A DNA stretch of 4,887 nucleotides from a virus (Duplodnaviria > Heunggongvirae > Uroviricota > Caudoviricetes): the IMG/VR virus record IMGVR_UViG_2734482592_000014. One strand, 5' to 3'. How positions within the stretch are numbered: the stretch's first letter is position 1; each line of letters starts with the position of its first letter. This document shows, one piece after another, positions 1 to 4,887 of the stretch. Position numbers and translations under genes: made by a program. The notes below the pieces were generated by a model. It was not told where the DNA came from. It searched no databases and saw nothing but the letters and a program-made list of their open reading frames with translations.

Positions 1-672
1 ATGGCAGCGACGCACACACTCCCTCTGGCGTCACCGGGCATGGCACGCATCTGCCTTTACGGGGATTTGCAACGATTTGGCCGCCGCATCGACCTTCGTG
101 TGAAAACGGGTGCCGAAGCCATCCGGGCGATGGCCACACAGCTCCCTGCGTTTCGTCAGAAGCTGAGCGACGGCTGGTATCAGGTGCGTATTGCCGGGCA
201 GGATGTTAGCACGTCCGGATTAACGGCACAGTTACATGAGGCTCTGCCTGACGGCGCTGTGATTCATATTGTTCCCAGAGTCGCCGGGGCCAAGTCAGGT
301 GGTGTATTCCAGATTGTCCTGGGAGCAGCCGCCATTGCCGGATCATTCTTTACCGCCGGAGCCACCCTTGCAGCATGGGGGGCTGCCATTGGTGCCGGTG
401 GTATGACCGGCATTCTGTTTTCTCTCGGTGCCAGTATGGTGCTCGGCGGTGTGGCTCAGATGCTGGCACCGAAAGCCAGAACTCCCCGCACACAGACAAC
501 GGATAACGGTAAGCAGAACACCTATTTCTCCTCACTGGATAACATGGTTGCCCAGGGCAATGTTATGCCTGTTCTGTATGGTGAAATGCGCGTGGGGTCA
601 CGTGTGGTATCTCAGGAGATCAGCACGGCAGACGAAGGGGACGGTGGTCAGGTTGTGGTGATTGGTCGCTGA
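1..672 (+). CDS. I: Tail tip assembly protein I (lambda gpI family), complete
   Basis: ATG at 1 to TGA at 670-672, 223 aa. The translation MAATHTLPLASPGMARICLYGDLQRFGRRIDLRVK...GDGGQVVVIGR matches my recollection of phage lambda gpI almost residue for residue, including the Gly/Ala-rich hydrophobic segment (GAAAIAGSFFTAGATLAAWGAAIGAGGMTGILFSLGASMVLGG). Position directly upstream of J matches lambda gene order. Its RBS would lie upstream of the window. Confidence 0.9.
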   Translation: MAATHTLPLASPGMARICLYGDLQRFGRRIDLRVKTGAEAIRAMATQLPAFRQKLSDGWYQVRIAGQDVSTSGLTAQLHEALPDGAVIHIVPRVAGAKSGGVFQIVLGAAAIAGSFFTAGATLAAWGAAIGAGGMTGILFSLGASMVLGGVAQMLAPKARTPRTQTTDNGKQNTYFSSLDNMVAQGNVMPVLYGEMRVGSRVVSQEISTADEGDGGQVVVIGR

Positions 673-694
673 TGCAAAATGTTTTATGTGAAAT

Positions 695-711
695 CGCCTC
701 CGGGCGGTTTT
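695..711 (+). terminator. Short hairpin plus T-run in the I-J spacer (weak terminator-like or attenuating structure)
   Basis: CGCC-TCCG-GGCG (695-706) forms a 4-bp GC stem with a 4-nt loop, followed by G and TTTT (708-711). The stem is short, so function is uncertain. Confidence 0.2.
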
Positions 712-720
712 ATCGTTTAT

Positions 721-724
721 GGAG
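721..724 (+). promoter_or_regulatory. Shine-Dalgarno sequence for J
   Basis: GGAG located 8 nt upstream of the J ATG at 733. Confidence 0.5.
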
Positions 725-732
725 CATGACGA

Positions 733-3700
733 ATGGGTAAAGGCAGCAGTAAGGGGCATACCCCGCGCGAAGCGAAGGACAACCTGAAGTCCACGCAGCT
801 GCTGAGTGTGATCGATGCCATCAGTGAAGGGCCGGTTGAAGGTCCGGTGGATGGATTAAAAAGCGTGCTGCTGAACAGTACGCCGGTGCTGGACAATGAG
901 GGGAATACCAACATCTCCGGCGTCACGGTGGTGTTCCGGGCAGGTGAGCAGGAGCAGTCACCGCCGGAGGGATTTGAATCCTCCGGCTCCGAGACGGTGC
1001 TGGGTACGGAAGTGAAATATGACACGCCGATCACCCGGACCATCACGTCGGCAAACATTGACCGACTGCGTTTTACCTTCGGTGTACAGGCACTGGTGGA
1101 AACCACCTCAAAGGGAGACAGGAATCCGTCTGAAGTTCGCCTGCTGGTTCAGATACAGCGTAACGGTGGCTGGGTGACGGAAAAAGACATCACCATTAAG
1201 GGCAAAACCACCTCGCAGTATCTGGCCTCGGTGGTGGTGGATAACCTGCCGCCGCGCCCGTTTAATATCCGGATGCGCAGAATGACGCCGGACAGCACCA
1301 CAGACCAGCTGCAGAACAAAACGCTCTGGTCGTCATACACCGAAATCATCGATGTGAAACAGTGCTACCCGAACACGGCACTGGTCGGCGTACAGGTGGA
1401 TTCGGAGCAGTTCGGCAGCCAGCAGGTGAGCCGTAATTATCATCTTCGCGGGCGCATTCTGCAGGTGCCGTCGAACTATAATCCGCAGACGCGGCAATAC
1501 AGCGGTATCTGGGACGGAACGTTAAAACCGGCATACAGCAACAACATGGCCTGGTGTCTGTGGGATATGCTGACCCATCCGCGCTATGGCATGGGGAAAC
1601 GTCTTGGTGCGGCAGATGTGGATAAATGGGCGCTGTATGTCATCGGCCAGTACTGTGACCAGTCGGTGCCGGACGGCTTTGGCAGCACGGAGCCGCGCAT
1701 CACCTGTAATGCCTGGCTGACCACACAGCGCAAGGCGTGGGATGTGCTCAGTGATTTCTGCTCGGCGATGCGCTGTATGCCGGTATGGAACGGGCAGACG
1801 CTGACATTCGTGCAGGACCGACAGTCGGATAAGGTGTGGGCCTATAACCGCAGTAATGTGGTGATGCCGGATGATGGCGCGCCGTTCCGCTACAGCTTCA
1901 GCGCCCTGAAAGACCGCCATAATGCCGTTGAGGTGAACTGGATTGACCCGNNNNNNNNNNNNNNNNNNNNNNNNNNNNNNNNNNNNNNNNNNNNNNNNNN
2001 NNNNNNNNNNNNNNNNNNNNNNNNNNNNNNNNNNNNNNNNNNNNNNNNNNNNNNNNNNNNNNNNNNNNNNNNNNNNNNNNNNNNNNNNNNNNNNNNNNNN
2101 NNNNNNNNNNNNNNNNNNNNNNNNNNNNNNNNNNNNNNNNNNNNNNNNNNNNNTCAGCGTGGGTGCTGAAGGGCTTCGTCATGTACCGGGCGATGTCATT
2201 GAAATCTGTGATGATGACTATGCGGGTATCAGCATCGGCGGGCGCGTGCTGGNNNNNNNNNNNNNNNNNNNNNNNNNNNNNNNNNNAACGGCTGGGAGAC
2301 GGCGACAGAGCTTGTGGAGGACACGCAGGCCATTGCCCGTTACGGTCGTAACGTCACGAAGATGGATGCCTTTGGCTGTACCAGCCGGGGGCAGGCACAC
2401 CGCGCAGGGCTGTGGCTGATTAAAACAGAACTGCTGGAAACGCAGACCGTGGACTTCAGCGTGGGCGCAGAAGGGCTTCGCCATGTGCCGGGCGATGTCA
2501 TTGAAATCTGTGATGATGACTATGCCGGTATCAGCACCGGCGGGCGCGTGCTGGCGGTAAACAGCCAGACCCGGACGCTGACGCTCGACCGTGAAATCAC
2601 GCTGCCATCCTCCGGTACCATGCTGATAAGCCTGGTTGACGGAAGTGGCAATCCGGTCAGCGTGGAGGTTCAGTCCGTCACCGACGGCGTGAAGGTGAAA
2701 GTGAGCCGTGTTCCTGACGGCGTTGCTGAATACAGCGTGTGGGGGCTGAAGCTGCCGACGTTGCGCCAGCGCCTGTTCCGCTGTGTGAGTATCCGTGAGA
2801 ACGANNNNNNNNNNNNNNNNNNNNNNNNNNNNNNNNNNNNNNNNNNNNNNNNNNNNNNNNNNNNNNNNNNNNNNNNNNNNNNNNNNNNNNNNNNNNNNNN
2901 NNNNNNNNNNNNNNNNNNNNNNNNNNNNNNNNNNNNNNNNNNNNNNNNNNNNNNNNNNNNNNNNNNNNNNNNNNNNNNNNNNNNNNNNNNNNNNNNNNNN
3001 NNNNNNNNNNNNNNNNNNNNNNNNNNNNNNNNNNNNNNNNNNNNNNNNNNNNNNNNNNNNNNNNNNNNNNNNNNNNNNNNNNNNNNNNNNNNNNNNNNNN
3101 NNNNGCTGACAGTCCGGGCGGTAAATGCCTGGGGACAGCAGGGCGATCCGGCGTCGGTATCGTTCAGGATTGCCGCACCGGTAGCACCGTCGCGGATTGA
3201 NNNNNNNNNNNNNNNNNNNNNNNNNNNNNNNNNNNNNNNNNNNNNNNNNNNNNNNNNNNNNNNNNNNNNNNNNNNNNNNNNNNNNNNNNNNNNNNNNNNN
3301 NNNNNNNNNNNNNNNNNNNNNNNNNNNNNNNNNNNNNNNNNNNNNNNNNNNNNNNNNNNNNNNNNNNNNNNNNNNNNNNNNNNNNNNNNNNNNNNNNNNN
3401 NNNNNNNNNNNNNNNNNNNNNNNNNNNNNNNNNNNNNNNNNNNNNNNNNNCGTGGATAACGGGGCGCACTTTGACGGCGACCAGAGCGGCACGGTGAATG
3501 GTGTCACGCCGCCAGCGGTGCAGCACCTGACTGCCGAAGTCACCGCAGACAGCGGGGAATATCAGGTGCTGGCGCGCTGGGACACGCCGAAGGTGGTGAA
3601 GGGCGTGAGCTTCCTGCTCCGTCTGACCGTAACAGCGGATGACGGCAGTGAGCGGCTGGTCAGCACGGCCCGGACGACGGAAACCACTTACCGCTTCACA

Positions 3701-4887
3701 CAACTGGCGCTGGGGAACTACAGGCTGACAGTCCGGGCAGTAAATGCGTGGGGGCAGCAGGGCGATCCGGCGTCGGTATCGTTCCGGATTGCCGCACCGG
3801 CAGCGCTGTCGCGGATTGAGCTGACGCCGGGCTATTTTCAGATAACCGCCACGCCGCATCTTGCGGTTTATGATCCGACGGTACAGTTTGAGTTCTGGTT
3901 CTCGGAAAAGCGGATTGCGGATATCAGGCAGGTTGAAACCACAGCACGCTATCTTGGCACGGCGCTGTACTGGATAGCCGCCAGTATCAATATCAAACCG
4001 GGCCATGATTATTACTTTTATATCCGCAGTGTGAACACCGTTGGCAAATCGGCATTCGTGGAGGCTGTTGGTCAGCCGAGTGATGATGCATCCGGTTATC
4101 TGGATTTTTTCAAAGGCGAGATAGGGAAAACCCATCTGGCTCAGGAGCTGTGGACGCAGATTGATAACGGTCAGCTTGCGCCTGACCTGGCTGAAATCAG
4201 GACGTCCATTACGGATGTCAGCAATGAAATCACGCAGACCGTCAATAAGAAACTGGAAGACCAGAGTGCGGCAATTCAGCAGATACAGAAGGTTCAGGTT
4301 GATACAAATAATAACCTGAACAGCATGTGGGCTGTGAAGCTGCAGCAGATGCAGGACGGACGCCTTTATATCGCGGGTATTGGTGCCGGTATTGAGAACA
4401 CCCCTGACGGCATGCAGAGTCAGGTGCTGCTGGCGGCGGACAGGATTGCGATGGTTAATCCTGCGAATGGCAACACAAAACCGATGTTTGTTGGTCAGGG
4501 CGATCAGATATTCATGAACGACGTGTTCCTGAAACGCCTGACGGCCCCCACCATTACCAGCGGTGGAAATCCATCGGCATTTTCCCTGACTCCGGACGGA
4601 AAGCTGACCGCTAAAAATGCGGATATCAGTGGCAGTGTGAATGCGAACGCCGGGACGCTCAACAATGTCACGGTAAATGAAAACTGTACGATTAAGGGCA
4701 TGCTGGAGGCGACTCAGGTCAGAGGTGACTTCGTTAAAGCTGTATCCAAATCATTTCCGAAACAGGCTGGTACGTGGGGTAACACGGAAACACCAAACGG
4801 GACGGTTACAGTCACCATAAGCGATGATCATAACTTTGACCGCCAGATTATTATTCCGCCCATTATTTTTAACGGTATAGCGTATGA
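733..4887 (+). CDS. J: Tail tip attachment / host specificity protein J (lambda gpJ family); 5' end complete, 3' end beyond window, interrupted by N runs
   Basis: ATG at 733 sits 8 nt after GGAG (721-724). Readable segments: A 733-1950 ([34 protein letters not shown]...[11 protein letters not shown], phase 1), B 2287-2804 ([20 protein letters not shown]...[10 protein letters not shown], phase 1), C 3452-4887 ([25 protein letters not shown]...IIFNGIAY, phase 2, no stop before window end). All three are collinear with lambda gpJ as I recall it. Phase differs between B and C because the N-run lengths are not true lengths. Confidence 0.9.
1951..2153. other. N run (203 nt), assembly gap or masked sequence inside J
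   Basis: Contiguous n characters; starts on a J codon boundary after ...WIDP. Confidence 0.95.
2154..2252 (+). repeat. 99-nt island between gaps: diverged copy of J segment 2456-2554
   Basis: Manual alignment to 2456-2554 gives 6 mismatches in 99 nt. In the coding phase ([32 protein letters not shown]) 5 are synonymous and 1 changes Thr to Ile. The island is in phase 2, while flanking J segments A and B are in phase 1. Confidence 0.85.
2253..2286. other. N run (34 nt), assembly gap or masked sequence
   Basis: Contiguous n characters. Confidence 0.95.
2805..3104. other. N run (exactly 300 nt), assembly gap or masked sequence inside J
   Basis: Contiguous n characters; round length suggests a placeholder or estimated gap. 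Confidence 0.95.
3105..3200 (+). repeat. 96-nt island between gaps: diverged copy of J segment 3724-3819
   Basis: Manual alignment to 3724-3819 gives 7 mismatches in 96 nt. In coding phase ([31 protein letters not shown]) 5 are synonymous and 2 are nonsynonymous (V/A, P/L versus AAPAALSRI in the main copy). Confidence 0.85.
3201..3450. other. N run (exactly 250 nt), assembly gap or masked sequence inside J
   Basis: Contiguous n characters; round length suggests a placeholder or estimated gap. Confidence 0.95.

Noticed and set aside
350-661. Internal ORFs within I (428..661 plus strand alternate frame; 350..535 minus strand)
   Set aside because: Embedded in the well-supported I reading frame, with Trp/Cys/Arg-rich translations characteristic of out-of-frame reading of GC-rich coding DNA.
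726-728. Alternative J start at ATG 726
   Set aside because: Out of frame with J; reads ATG ACG AAT GGG TAA and stops after four codons. ATG 733 has correct GGAG spacing and matches the lambda gpJ N-terminus.
717-1920. Other antisense ORFs inside J (717..1106, 1149..1349, 1346..1534, 1522..1920, minus strand)
   Set aside because: Fully overlapped by J on the opposite strand, low-complexity translations, no RBS context; typical shadow ORFs.
1898-3109. ORF-track entries made mostly of X (1898..2182 minus, 1943..2419 plus, 2163..2351 plus, 2795..3109 plus)
   Set aside because: These are artefacts of translating through N runs; there is no sequence evidence for them.
2154-3200. CRISPR array or other short-repeat array
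   Set aside because: Only two unrelated repeat units, each matching J coding sequence, with no repeat-spacer periodicity.
2154-3819. Diversity-generating retroelement (template/variable repeat pair) targeting the tail fiber
   Set aside because: The repeat pairs differ at mixed base types, mostly synonymous third positions, not at adenine-specific sites. No reverse transcriptase gene is visible, and the repeats are mid-gene rather than at the 3' end of the target gene.
2218-4135. Long minus-strand ORFs (2218..3543, 441 aa; 3164..4135, 323 aa) antisense to J
   Set aside because: Both run through N runs (long X stretches) and lie antisense to a strongly supported, GC-rich J coding sequence where antisense frames are often open by chance. 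Their translations are Arg/Cys/Pro-rich with no recognisable motifs.
1-4887. A novel defence or other undescribed system in this window
   Set aside because: All readable sequence is accounted for by two well-characterised lambdoid tail genes and a short spacer. No extra ORF, RNA gene or insertion is visible outside the N runs.

Overview
This window is the tail-tip module of a lambdoid (lambda-like siphovirus) phage or prophage, most likely in an enterobacterial host. It holds a complete gene I (tail tip assembly protein, 1..672) followed after a 60-nt spacer by gene J (tip attachment / host specificity protein, start 733), which runs off the 3' end of the window. J is broken by four N runs totalling 787 nt (1951-2153, 2253-2286, 2805-3104, 3201-3450). 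Two short islands of real sequence between those gaps are diverged copies of J segments found 302 and 619 nt further downstream, differing mostly at synonymous sites. That looks like collapsed or misplaced contigs from a second J allele rather than contiguous biology, although a genuine internal domain duplication cannot be excluded. The J reading phase also changes across the second gap pair, so the gap lengths are not reliable. I see no evidence of a novel system in the readable sequence. The points most worth attention are the mosaic J, whose central and receptor-binding portions differ from my recollection of lambda J, and the scaffold anomaly. All homology statements come from memory of lambda proteins, not from a search.
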